In this document: positions 44,209-52,922 of the stretch, one piece after another
Position numbering within the stretch: the first letter of the stretch is position 1
Layout: each line of letters opens with the position of its first letter
NCBI GenBank assembly: GCA_002305675.1
Contig: DBQA01000007.1
Coordinates: 302,653 to 366,652 of the forward strand
Direction: 5' to 3'
From: Patescibacteria group bacterium UBA1406
GTDB taxonomy: Bacteria; Patescibacteriota; Microgenomatia; UBA1406
DNA: 64,000 nt
The notes under the pieces: model-generated
What the model was told of the DNA's origin: nothing
The model's input: only the letters and a program-made list of their open reading frames with translations
The model's database searches: none
Made by a program: the position numbers and the translations under genes

Positions 44209-47200
44209 ATGAAAATTATTATGAATAACGACATTCAAGAGATAAATTGGGCAAACTTCAAAGCAAAGTTTAATGGGAAAGAACAGGCTACTTTTCAGTG
44301 GCTCTGTTATCTTCTATTTTGTGAGGAACACAAACTCTCTCTAGGTATATCCCGTTATGAAAATCATGCTGGAATAGAAACTGACCCAATTACTGTTGGT
44401 CAAGATGTTATTGGGTGGCAAGCAAAATTTTACGAGACTACTCTCTCCAAACATAAGGCGGACTTAATTACGTCAATAGATACCGCTAAGACAAGACATC
44501 CGAATCTGACGAAAATCGTGTTCTATTTGAACCAGGACTTTGGGCAGGATAAAAAGAAGACCGATCCACCTTATAAAGTGGATATTGAAAACCATGCGAA
44601 AGCTAAAAAACTATCTATTATCTGGAAAACTCAAGGCTTCTTTGAATCCCCGTTTGTAACCAGGGATAATTTTGTAATAGCAAAACATTTTTTTAGTCTA
44701 GATAAAACTCTTTTTGACCTTATTTCAGAGTTGAAAAGGCACACTCTTGCCATTTTGAATCCTATTCGCTCAAACATTTTATTTAACGGCAGAGAGATAA
44801 GAATAAACAGAGCTGATACTACAGAGGCTTTGCAGAAGAATCTAAAAGATGGGGTGCCAGCAATATTAAGTGGAGAAGGTGGAATCGGAAAAACAGCTAT
44901 TATAAAAGACTTATATGATGTCGTAGGAAAAAACATACCATTATTTGTGTTCAAAGCGACTGAATTCAATAACCTCACCAATGTTAACAATCTCCTCAGT
45001 AGTTACGGCTCTTTTACCGTTAATGATCTGGCAACCGCCTACACAGGCTTAGAGGAAAAATGTATTGTTATTGACTCCGCCGAGAAATTGTCAGACATCG
45101 AAGACAAGGAAGTTTTCAAAACATTCGTTAACACTTTTCTTGAAAACAAATGGAAAATTATTTTTACTACAAGGCACAATTATTTAGACGACTTAAGGTA
45201 TGTGCTTATAAGTTTATATGGTCTTGCCTTTCAGACACAGGACATTAAAAAAATTAGTAATGAAGAACTAATAAGCCTTTCTCAAAATTATAATTTCTCC
45301 TTACCAAAAGACGAAAGGGTGCAGGACTTAATTTGCAACCCATTTTATCTTAATGAATATCTGCAAAACTATAACGTCATAAAACAAGATATTACTTACT
45401 CCGACTTCAAGGACACTTTGTGGAATAAAAAGATTGCTAACACGGCATATACAAAAGATCGAACCCATATCCGAAGAGAAGAGTGTTTCATGGCACTAGC
45501 AAAGAAAAGAGCTGACGAGGGGAGCTTTTTAGTTGAAGCTAACACTCTTGATCTTACTATTCTCCAAAAATTAATAGATGACGAGATCGTCGGATACGAG
45601 AAAAGCTCACGAGGATATTTTATTACCCACGATATTTATGAAGAATGGGCGTTAGAAAAGTATATAGAAAGCTCGTTTCGTTTAAAAAATAAAATTGCCG
45701 ATTTCTATAATAATTTAGGCAGCTCTCTTGCTATCCGAAGATCATTCAGACATTGGCTTTCTGACAAGCTTCTCGTCGATAAAAATGCCGTTAAGTCACT
45801 AATTGAAACAACTTTATCTGACTCAGCTATAGCAAGTTACTGGCAAGACGAAGTATTAGTTTCAGTTTTGTTGTCAGACCACAGCAAGGAAATTCTTGAA
45901 CTCTTTGAAGAAAAGCTGTTGGAGAACGATGCGAAATTATTAGTAAAAATTACCTTTTTACTCAGAATTGCCTGCAAGGGAATTGACGAAGCTACCTTCA
46001 AATCTTTTGGAATTTCCAGAACAAATGGGATAGCAATACAAACTTTATTTACCCAACCAAAAGGAAGCGGTTGGAATTACATTATTGATTTCATCAATCG
46101 CAACAAAGAAAAGTTAGGTCTTAAAAATGTAAATACCTTTTTAGCCATACTTGAAGATTGGAATAGTAAGTGTAAGGGAGGAGAAACTACAAAAGCTGCT
46201 AGTCAGATTGCTTTGTTCTACTATGAAAGTATCGCAGAGCACGGTGGTTTTGGTTATAGATCTCGTGACGAATTTGAGAAAAAAATTATTAAAATAATTT
46301 TAGACGGATCAAGAGAAGTTAAAAAAGAACTCTCATCCATCATAGATGAAATTGTCCAAAAAAAGGAGATTACACACAGGGATAAATATTACGAACTCGC
46401 TGAAGTGATGCTTTCATCTGTGGTTGATAGTGCAGAAGTGGCGCAGGCAATCCCTGAAAAATTACTCTCGTTAGCAAATGTATATTGGATGAGAGATGTT
46501 GAGCGCGATGATCCATATGGCAGTCACTCAATAGAAATTGAGCAATACTTTGGTCTAGCTTTCCATCTTCAGGAGTATTTCCCGTCAAGTCCGTATCAAA
46601 CCCCTATTCTTATTTTGCTACGCACTGAGCCAGATAAAACTTTGGATTTTATTCTTTCATTTACAAACAAAACCGTTGAATACTATACAAAGTCATCGCT
46701 TAGCAAAAATGAATTTCAAGAGGTAGAGATCTTTGCTAACGATACAAAATCTCGAACTCAATATATCAGTTGCAGGTTATGGGAGATGTATAGGGGCACT
46801 CATGTAGCTCCTGGTGTATTGGAGTCCATGTATATGGCGCTCGAAAAATGGCTTCTTGAGTTTGGAAAAACAGCTACAACCGAAGAATTAGAAAGGTGGT
46901 GTGTATATTTATTTAAAAACTCCAAGTCAGCCTCGATTACTTCCATCATTGTCAGTATTATTCTTGCTTATCCGTTCAAATTATTTAATGTCGCTGCGAT
47001 GATATTTAAGACAAAAGAATTCTTCCTTTATGACACGACAAGATATGTAAAAGACCAAAGTCACAAGAGTATGCTTGTAAGTTTGCGAGATAATTTTCCT
47101 CAACGAGAGTATCTTACTCAATTCTTCCAGGAGGAAAGAATAAAGGCTTGTGATGACAGACATCGAACAAATACCCTTGAAAATATAGCCTTATACTACC

Positions 47201-48990
47201 AATTATTTAGAAGCAATGAAGAAACTGACGAGCAAGCTTCCGAAAGACAAAGAGTCATATGGAAAATATTTGATAATTACTACAAGAAATTACCCAATAC
47301 TTCAAGAGAAACAAAAGCTGATAAAACCTGGCGGTTGTATTTAGCCCGTATGGACAGACGAAAAATGCAGCCGAAGGTAGAAAAAAAAGATGGACAAACA
47401 CTGATAAGTTTTAATCCTGACCTTGATAAAGATCTTAAAAAATATAGCGAGGACTCCTTACAAAAAAACAAAAAAGCGATGGCCTATACCTCTCTTAGCG
47501 TATGGGCAAATCTAAGGTGGAGAAAAGAAGGAAACAAATATACAGAGTATAAGAAATACGAAGACGATCCACTGAGTGCTTTAAGTGAACTAAAAAAACT
47601 CATAAAAGAACTTAAGGGCGGCGATAAAGACATGGGTTTGTTTTATCGTGCGACCCCCGTGTATGTGTGCGCAGTCTTAGTAAGAGATTTTAAGGAGAAA
47701 CTTAAACTTGAAGAGTTTAACTACTGCGAAGATATTCTAATTAAGCACGCATCTCTTCCTCTTACAGACGAATACAAATACTCAATTGGCGATGGGATTG
47801 AGGCTTCAATTGGATCACTACCTTACCTCTACACCTCCTCCTTCAATACTGAAAGAATTAAAAAGCTGCTTCTACTGTTGCTGTTTGATGATTTTCCCAT
47901 AGGGATGGGCGGAGGAAGATTAAGAGACTACCCAATCATTGCAATTTTGCATCATCTTTGGAAAACAAATCCCAAAGACGCGCACTCACTGTTTTTAGGG
48001 TTCCTACTACTAAAACCCAGATACGAAGACTTGTTTGAGGAGATCAGACAAGAAGACATCAAAAAACAGGTATATAGTTTATCAAGAAAGAAAGTTCTTA
48101 GAGAATTTGAAAAAAGGTATGGGAAGGAAATCGAAAATGCTGTATCTAACCAAATTAGATACTCCGATATCGAAGATGTCGAATCCATTGACTTAGAAGT
48201 CCTTAACACAGCATTTGAGCTGATACCCAATCAGACCCAAGACGAAGACCATCAAAAGTTCCTAGCAACTATATTCCCTTTGTTTTCTAAAAAGCTTTCT
48301 GACAACGAAAGAAACGGTTATACCTTAAGTAACCGCTTCTTAAGGAAATTTGCATACTTCGTATTAACCTCAAATCGTGAAGGGATTGAAAAATATATAC
48401 AACCGTTTGTTGATAACATCAAGGACTTTGACTACGCCGCAGATCTTTTTAGTGATTTTGTTAGTGTTGAAGATGAAATCCATCAATATGAAGAGTTTTG
48501 GATAGTTTGGCAACTTTTTTATGATGCAGTCGTAAAAATGACTAAGGAGAAATGGCAACCACATAATACAAACACAATAATTCACAATTATCTATTTGCT
48601 TGGCAATATTGGAAAAAAGACGCTAAGAAATGGCTCTCATTAAAAAACAGGGAGAAGGCATTCTTTAAAAAAGTGGCAGAGGATATGGGACATCACCCAG
48701 CTGTCTTATACTCCATATCTAAACTACTAAATGAGATTGGAAGTGGATTTGTAGATGATGGGATAGTATGGCTTAGTGATATGTTGGAAAAAAACACCAA
48801 TCTAGGTTCAGAAGACCTAGAGGTTAATACAGTTTATTATCTGGAGATTATCGTCAGGAATTATGTGTTTCATAACAGGCGTGCAGTAAAAACTGACCTC
48901 ACCCTTAAAAAAAGAATGCTCACAATACTCGACTTCCTGATAGAAAAGGCATCGGCAACTGCATACCTCATAAGAGAAGATATCTTGTAA
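44209..48990 (+). CDS. Giant nuclease-STAND NTPase-helical repeat protein (Avs-like architecture, putative antiphage)
   Basis: N-terminus FQWLCYLL...GIETD...IGWQAK (Mrr/PD-(D/E)xK-like). Walker A GEGGIGKT (nt 44872-44895), Walker B CIVIDSAE, IIFTTR motif. More than 1200 aa of apparently helical sequence follows. Confidence 0.6.
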   Translation: MKIIMNNDIQEINWANFKAKFNGKEQATFQWLCYLLFCEEHKLSLGISRYENHAGIETDPITVGQDVIGWQAKFYETTLSKHKADLITSIDTAKTRHPNLTKIVFYLNQDFGQDKKKTDPPYKVDIENHAKAKKLSIIWKTQGFFESPFVTRDNFVIAKHFFSLDKTLFDLISELKRHTLAILNPIRSNILFNGREIRINRADTTEALQKNLKDGVPAILSGEGGIGKTAIIKDLYDVVGKNIPLFVFKATEFNNLTNVNNLLSSYGSFTVNDLATAYTGLEEKCIVIDSAEKLSDIEDKEVFKTFVNTFLENKWKIIFTTRHNYLDDLRYVLISLYGLAFQTQDIKKISNEELISLSQNYNFSLPKDERVQDLICNPFYLNEYLQNYNVIKQDITYSDFKDTLWNKKIANTAYTKDRTHIRREECFMALAKKRADEGSFLVEANTLDLTILQKLIDDEIVGYEKSSRGYFITHDIYEEWALEKYIESSFRLKNKIADFYNNLGSSLAIRRSFRHWLSDKLLVDKNAVKSLIETTLSDSAIASYWQDEVLVSVLLSDHSKEILELFEEKLLENDAKLLVKITFLLRIACKGIDEATFKSFGISRTNGIAIQTLFTQPKGSGWNYIIDFINRNKEKLGLKNVNTFLAILEDWNSKCKGGETTKAASQIALFYYESIAEHGGFGYRSRDEFEKKIIKIILDGSREVKKELSSIIDEIVQKKEITHRDKYYELAEVMLSSVVDSAEVAQAIPEKLLSLANVYWMRDVERDDPYGSHSIEIEQYFGLAFHLQEYFPSSPYQTPILILLRTEPDKTLDFILSFTNKTVEYYTKSSLSKNEFQEVEIFANDTKSRTQYISCRLWEMYRGTHVAPGVLESMYMALEKWLLEFGKTATTEELERWCVYLFKNSKSASITSIIVSIILAYPFKLFNVAAMIFKTKEFFLYDTTRYVKDQSHKSMLVSLRDNFPQREYLTQFFQEERIKACDDRHRTNTLENIALYYQLFRSNEETDEQASERQRVIWKIFDNYYKKLPNTSRETKADKTWRLYLARMDRRKMQPKVEKKDGQTLISFNPDLDKDLKKYSEDSLQKNKKAMAYTSLSVWANLRWRKEGNKYTEYKKYEDDPLSALSELKKLIKELKGGDKDMGLFYRATPVYVCAVLVRDFKEKLKLEEFNYCEDILIKHASLPLTDEYKYSIGDGIEASIGSLPYLYTSSFNTERIKKLLLLLLFDDFPIGMGGGRLRDYPIIAILHHLWKTNPKDAHSLFLGFLLLKPRYEDLFEEIRQEDIKKQVYSLSRKKVLREFEKRYGKEIENAVSNQIRYSDIEDVESIDLEVLNTAFELIPNQTQDEDHQKFLATIFPLFSKKLSDNERNGYTLSNRFLRKFAYFVLTSNREGIEKYIQPFVDNIKDFDYAADLFSDFVSVEDEIHQYEEFWIVWQLFYDAVVKMTKEKWQPHNTNTIIHNYLFAWQYWKKDAKKWLSLKNREKAFFKKVAEDMGHHPAVLYSISKLLNEIGSGFVDDGIVWLSDMLEKNTNLGSEDLEVNTVYYLEIIVRNYVFHNRRAVKTDLTLKKRMLTILDFLIEKASATAYLIREDIL

Positions 48991-49115
48991 TCAAATGTGA
49001 CGCCCTTGACCGCGTGTAGCGGCTTGTGTGGGACTTTCGTGCCTAGAGTGGCATCTAACTACCTTAATTTAGCTTCAGAAACCTTGTGGGGGATTTGTTG
49101 AGGGAATTAGGGGTT

Positions 49116-49268
49116 TTAATAGCTACAGTCTCGAATTGTTGCCCAATCAACTGTGATCCCAGAACTGGCTCGGTTAATAACACACTGCATGGTTTCCCGA
49201 AACCACCAATACTCAAAAGCCAGGAAAAGGGCAAATAGCAGGAAGCCAATAACGATAGCCTTCTTCAT
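49116..49268 (-). CDS. Small hydrophobic protein (50 aa), not in the ORF track
   Basis: ATG 49268 lies 2 nt after the stop of 49271..50131. MKKAIVIGFLLFALFLAFEYWWF is a TM helix. The competing track ORF 49064..49249 is in another frame. Confidence 0.3.
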   Translation of the reverse strand: MKKAIVIGFLLFALFLAFEYWWFRETMQCVINRASSGITVDWATIRDCSY

Positions 49269-49270
49269 AT

Positions 49271-50131
49271 TTACAGCTTATCAAGATCGTTGATGTTGTT
49301 GCGATAGATGATAATCTGCCCGCCGTTAGTGATGGTAATATCCACCCTTTGATAGTTGGTTGATTTCATCTTGATGCACCACACGCCCTGGGCGTTCTGA
49401 TAAGCTCCTTCTCTTTGTTTGTCGACATCTCCACAAACCTCATGCTCTTTGGTAACTGAGACAGTCTTATCTTCCCAGAACATAAAGAAGTTACCTGGTT
49501 TTGTTCCCTCGAACTTGTAGGTCATCTTGGTAATGTCGATACCCAAGATATCCTTATGCTCAATCAGAAATCTCTCGGCAACTTCCCTTAATTCCTCTGG
49601 CTTACTGTAAATGCCTGAGTAGTCGTAATTAGGCAAGGGGTCGGTTCTCTTGGTGCGCTCAGCATCTCCAACACCAATGATGTAATTGGTTTTGGGATCT
49701 ACTTCAAAGCTATGGTTTTCAGCTTCGTAATACTCCACAGCTGGGTTGTTATAGTCCGTTCCACTCTCATCTGGCTTGCCATTAAAACGGCTACAGATGA
49801 ACTCTGGTTCAAATTCTTTACTGACAGTTGGATAAATGCCGTGCAGGAACTCTCTGATGTTGGCTACTGCTTTGGCTCTTTCCGCCTCTGGTCGTGCAGA
49901 GATGTTACAGAACTCCTGGCGAACGGCTTTATACTCGTCGCTTTCCTTGTTGACGATTTGAGCCATTCTTTGCTGGAGTTCGATGATCTTTTGAGACTTG
50001 GCGTCATTTTGGATTGATTGAACAACTTTTGATTGAGCCAGGAAACGAGGGACTAACACGACAGCCAAGATAACAATTACAGAGAGGAAAAGAATAAAGA
50101 AAAGGACATTAGACTTATTTTTATGTTTCAT
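49271..50131 (-). CDS. Secreted/membrane-anchored protein, unknown function
   Basis: N-terminal anchor FFILFLSVIVILAVVLV. GAGGAGGTGA RBS. No motif recognised. Confidence 0.5.
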   Translation of the reverse strand: MKHKNKSNVLFFILFLSVIVILAVVLVPRFLAQSKVVQSIQNDAKSQKIIELQQRMAQIVNKESDEYKAVRQEFCNISARPEAERAKAVANIREFLHGIYPTVSKEFEPEFICSRFNGKPDESGTDYNNPAVEYYEAENHSFEVDPKTNYIIGVGDAERTKRTDPLPNYDYSGIYSKPEELREVAERFLIEHKDILGIDITKMTYKFEGTKPGNFFMFWEDKTVSVTKEHEVCGDVDKQREGAYQNAQGVWCIKMKSTNYQRVDITITNGGQIIIYRNNINDLDKL

Positions 50132-50224
50132 ATTAATTTTTCACCTCCTCTTGGGTCAAAACTAATAATTACCCTTGAGGTGTTGCATATTAACTTCGCT
50201 TAAGGGAGATTGTCAAATCAAACA

Positions 50225-50350
50225 AAAAGCTCCCCCCAGCGATGGCTTGCGCCACCTGCCACCCTTTCGGATGACAGCCTCGACAGCGCTCTAGGGAGAG
50301 CTTATTGCTGTCGAGGACTTGATTGCCATGCCCTTGCGGGTTTAGGCGGT
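50225..50350 (-). ncRNA. Candidate structured RNA element (unclassified)
   Basis: GC-rich patch in an AT-rich island. On the minus strand: CCC-GCAA-GGG; a 10-bp stem CCUCGACAGC/GCUGUCGAGG with inner GCUCU/AGAGC; CUGUCAUCC-GAAA-GGGUGGCAG (two G-U pairs valid only on the minus strand); and closing AUGGC/GCCAU. Confidence 0.35.
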
Positions 50351-50364
50351 TAGATTGTTAAATT

Positions 50365-50556
50365 CTACGGCTTATCTCTGCCGTGCAATAGCCTCAAAAT
50401 GTCATCTTTTTTGAAACGCCTATCTTTCCTTTGACCAAAACGGACGGATTGTAGTATGCCCTTTTTGTCCCACTGACGAAGGGTATTGGGATGAACGCTA
50501 AGCAATTTACTTGCCTGCGAAAGAGTCAAAAGCTGTGGAACGGTTTGATCGGTCAT
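50365..50556 (-). CDS. Excisionase/MerR-type HTH DNA-binding protein (paralog of 39567..39752)
   Basis: LLTLSQASKLLSVHPNTLRQWDKKGILQSVRFGQRKDRRF aligns residue for residue with the 39567 protein. Confidence 0.7.
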   Translation of the reverse strand: MTDQTVPQLLTLSQASKLLSVHPNTLRQWDKKGILQSVRFGQRKDRRFKKDDILRLLHGRDKP

Positions 50557-50577
50557 AATTGATAGCAGACTCGCTAT

Positions 50578-51723
50578 TTGTTAACATTAGACTACAATAA
50601 GCAACAACTTATTGCAACTATGACGATGAAAATAAAAACTTCAGGATTAATTAACTATTGGAAGCTATTCCTATTGAGGTATCTACTACTCGATCACGGT
50701 GTTGTAGATTTAGGAATATGTCTAAAAGAAACTACTGAATTATTAAAACAGTTCCTAGGTCTCACTCAAGAACTGAGACTAAAAAATGTCAGTGCAGGCG
50801 TAACTGACCAAACAGCGGAATATCTTTTAGATAGATACAAAAGTGATGAACAAGGATTTATAAATAGGGTAATTGACAGAAAACTTACCGTAAAAGATTT
50901 ATATTCACTATTGAATCACCCAAGTATTCCCAACGACGATACCAACGCGCACTTAATAACAGATATTCTTTCCAATTTAATCATTACTTTTGACTTTCAA
51001 CAAAGCGAAAAGAAAATAAAAGACACTCTTGATACTTGTCTCAAATCAATTCTTCAAACGAAACTTAAAACCCATAAAAGGATGCCTCTGGCTTCGAATT
51101 TTTACTCTTATTATTATCAAAAAAATCATTTTATTAAGTCTATCCCTCGTTATCTCGAGGAGTGTGCTTCTGATGTGATTAATCTTCTTGAAGGACGAGA
51201 CGGAAAGTTACTTGGAGAAGAAAACAGTAGAACAACCTTTCTAGAAACTCTCCTCTTATTGGAGCGAGAAGGCATAGTAACGATAACCAGAATGGGCGTA
51301 GCAGAATCAGAATCGCTTAGTTTAACGATGATTACTATAAAGGTGAATGATTTTTTCAAAAGATCTGCTATTCCTCAAAAAACAACCCCCTCCCTAGCTC
51401 CTCAACTACCCAAAGGCTGGGGTTTAGTAATTGATGAGCGTCAACCAAAAATAACGAACTTTAGCCAGGTTGTTTTTACCTTCCCAAATAACTGGTCAAA
51501 CAAATATCGATATTTCGTGTGCCTGTGGAAAAATTATGGACAGAAAGTCGACTATAAAACGGTTTACGAGTTTGAGTCTGGAGGACAAACTTATCCAGGA
51601 AGGGAAAAACCCTGGCTAGTAAATAGAAGAGTCAGGGATACTTTAACTAAACTAAAGGGCAAACTCGCAAAACTTCCAATTAACATTGAGATCTCAAAAG
51701 GCTTCACCCTGACAATAGAATAA
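50578..51723 (+). CDS. Hypothetical protein of the mobile element (possible C-terminal winged helix)
   Basis: 381 aa (TTG start; ATG alternatives about 14-16 codons in). The C-terminal VNRRVRDTLTKLKGKL...ISKGFTL is reminiscent of OmpR-type wHTH tails (weak). Confidence 0.4.
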   Translation: MLTLDYNKQQLIATMTMKIKTSGLINYWKLFLLRYLLLDHGVVDLGICLKETTELLKQFLGLTQELRLKNVSAGVTDQTAEYLLDRYKSDEQGFINRVIDRKLTVKDLYSLLNHPSIPNDDTNAHLITDILSNLIITFDFQQSEKKIKDTLDTCLKSILQTKLKTHKRMPLASNFYSYYYQKNHFIKSIPRYLEECASDVINLLEGRDGKLLGEENSRTTFLETLLLLEREGIVTITRMGVAESESLSLTMITIKVNDFFKRSAIPQKTTPSLAPQLPKGWGLVIDERQPKITNFSQVVFTFPNNWSNKYRYFVCLWKNYGQKVDYKTVYEFESGGQTYPGREKPWLVNRRVRDTLTKLKGKLAKLPINIEISKGFTLTIE

Positions 51724-51813
51724 ATCTCGTAAAAGCGCTTAACTGCTGACAAATGGCGTCAGTCGGCTTCAGTTTTCTTCAATTGACTTGCTTTTAATCC
51801 CATCCCGTAAGCT

Positions 51814-51844
51814 ATGGCTAGAACAAAAACTCTAGCCATTTTTT
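51814..51844 (+). terminator. Intrinsic terminator
   Basis: 9-bp stem ATGGCTAGA-acaaaaac-TCTAGCCAT followed by TTTTT. Confidence 0.75.
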
Positions 51845-51850
51845 ATAACT

Positions 51851-52099
51851 ATGAACCAGCAATTAAACGAGCATTACTACCAAACCAGCGATTTATCTCT
51901 CGCTACCACTCTCTCCCTCTGGTGTCCAATCGAAGATATTGATCGTTCCAACCCCCGTAAGGCTTTGTTTATCTTCCAAAACACAAAAGAACTTCAGAAA
52001 CTCGTTGATGAGTATTACCGCAATGAAATCAAAGTGTCGCCACAGGTTTATTTCAACCAGTTGCGAGTCGTTAAAGCACGGCTCTATGCCAACGAATAA
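51851..52099 (+). CDS. Small phage-associated protein (DUF5659-like)
   Basis: 82 aa. YQTSDLSLATTLSLW...ALFIF...EL..LV..Y resembles the DUF5659 pattern (from memory). Confidence 0.4.
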   Translation: MNQQLNEHYYQTSDLSLATTLSLWCPIEDIDRSNPRKALFIFQNTKELQKLVDEYYRNEIKVSPQVYFNQLRVVKARLYANE

Positions 52100-52101
52100 C
52101 T

Positions 52102-52275
52102 ATGATAAGCAGAAATTTATTACTAGAACTAAAGCAAATTATAGAGGAGGAATTTAACCTTAAGCTGACTCTCCAAGAGGTCACAGAGATTGGCACTGGC
52201 TTACTAGCATTTGTCGAAACCTTATTGAAAGTCGAGTCTGTAAACATTCAAGGAGGTAAACAAAATGGAAAATAG
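52102..52275 (+). CDS. Small hypothetical protein (57 aa, below the track cutoff), paralog of the next ORF
   Basis: ATG is 2 nt after the previous stop. LLELKQIIEEEFNLKLTLQEVTEIGTGLLAFVETLL parallels LISALRLVLEAEFGIKVAQDEASILANTLTDFFEVL in 52265..52516. Confidence 0.4.
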   Translation: MISRNLLLELKQIIEEEFNLKLTLQEVTEIGTGLLAFVETLLKVESVNIQGGKQNGK

Positions 52276-52516
52276 AGACGACAAACTAATAAGTGCATTG
52301 AGGTTGGTTTTGGAGGCAGAATTCGGTATCAAAGTAGCCCAAGACGAAGCATCGATATTGGCAAATACCCTGACAGATTTCTTTGAAGTGCTCGCACTGA
52401 TTGAACACAAAAAAGAATGTCCTAAAAAAGATGAACTTGAAAAAATCCTGAAACAAAAGTGGGGCGAGAAAAGAAAAATTAATATGAACATAAATCACCA
52501 TGACAATCACGATTAA
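52265..52516 (+). CDS. Small hypothetical protein
   Basis: 83 aa. GGAGG RBS (aaggaggtaaacaaaATG). Overlaps its neighbours by 11 and 17 nt. Confidence 0.5.
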   Translation: MENRDDKLISALRLVLEAEFGIKVAQDEASILANTLTDFFEVLALIEHKKECPKKDELEKILKQKWGEKRKINMNINHHDNHD

Positions 52517-52853
52517 CGACATAACAGTCAAAATTAAACTGTTGAAGTCAGAAACTATTCTGGCTCAGGCAACAATAATCCTCTTCGATGTTTGGAAAGA
52601 GCATGGTTGGAAGATCTTAAAATCGGATCGATTGCATCCCCAATTTCAAGATTTCATTTGGATTCAAGCCCCTAGTTATAAATTTATCGGCAAGTGGAAT
52701 GAGATCGTTTTTATTGACGATAGCAAGCTCTTTGAACAAGTCCAGGAGAAAATCTACGACGCTTACCACCTTGCCAGAAGCAAAGATCCTAATTATAGAG
52801 TTGAAAATCAAATTTCGACAGAGGAGATAAACCCAGATGACATCAACATATAA
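52500..52853 (+). CDS. SpoVG-like small nucleic-acid-binding protein (tentative)
   Basis: ITVKIKLLKSETILAQATIILFDVWKEHGWKILKS...IWIQAPSYK resembles the SpoVG N-terminal beta pattern. Confidence 0.35.
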   Translation: MTITINDITVKIKLLKSETILAQATIILFDVWKEHGWKILKSDRLHPQFQDFIWIQAPSYKFIGKWNEIVFIDDSKLFEQVQEKIYDAYHLARSKDPNYRVENQISTEEINPDDINI

Positions 52854-52922
52854 AACACATAGTAACTATAAAGGGATTTATAAAGGGACATTTATAGTAA
52901 CAATTTTTCCCTTTAAGAGGGA

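Noticed and set aside
49064-49249. 61-aa minus-strand track ORF downstream of the 286-aa gene.
   Set aside because: A different frame gives a 50-aa ORF (49116-49268) with an ATG 2 nt after the upstream stop and a clean TM helix. The track ORF lacks both features. Neither is strongly supported.
50225-50350. Tried to read the structured element as a c-di-GMP-I (GEMM-I) riboswitch, because of the GAAA tetraloop hairpin and a GGCGCAAGCC segment resembling ACGCAAAGCC.
   Set aside because: The order of helices is wrong (the long hairpin precedes the tetraloop hairpin) and the GGCAAA junction nucleotides are absent. It is kept only as an unclassified candidate RNA.
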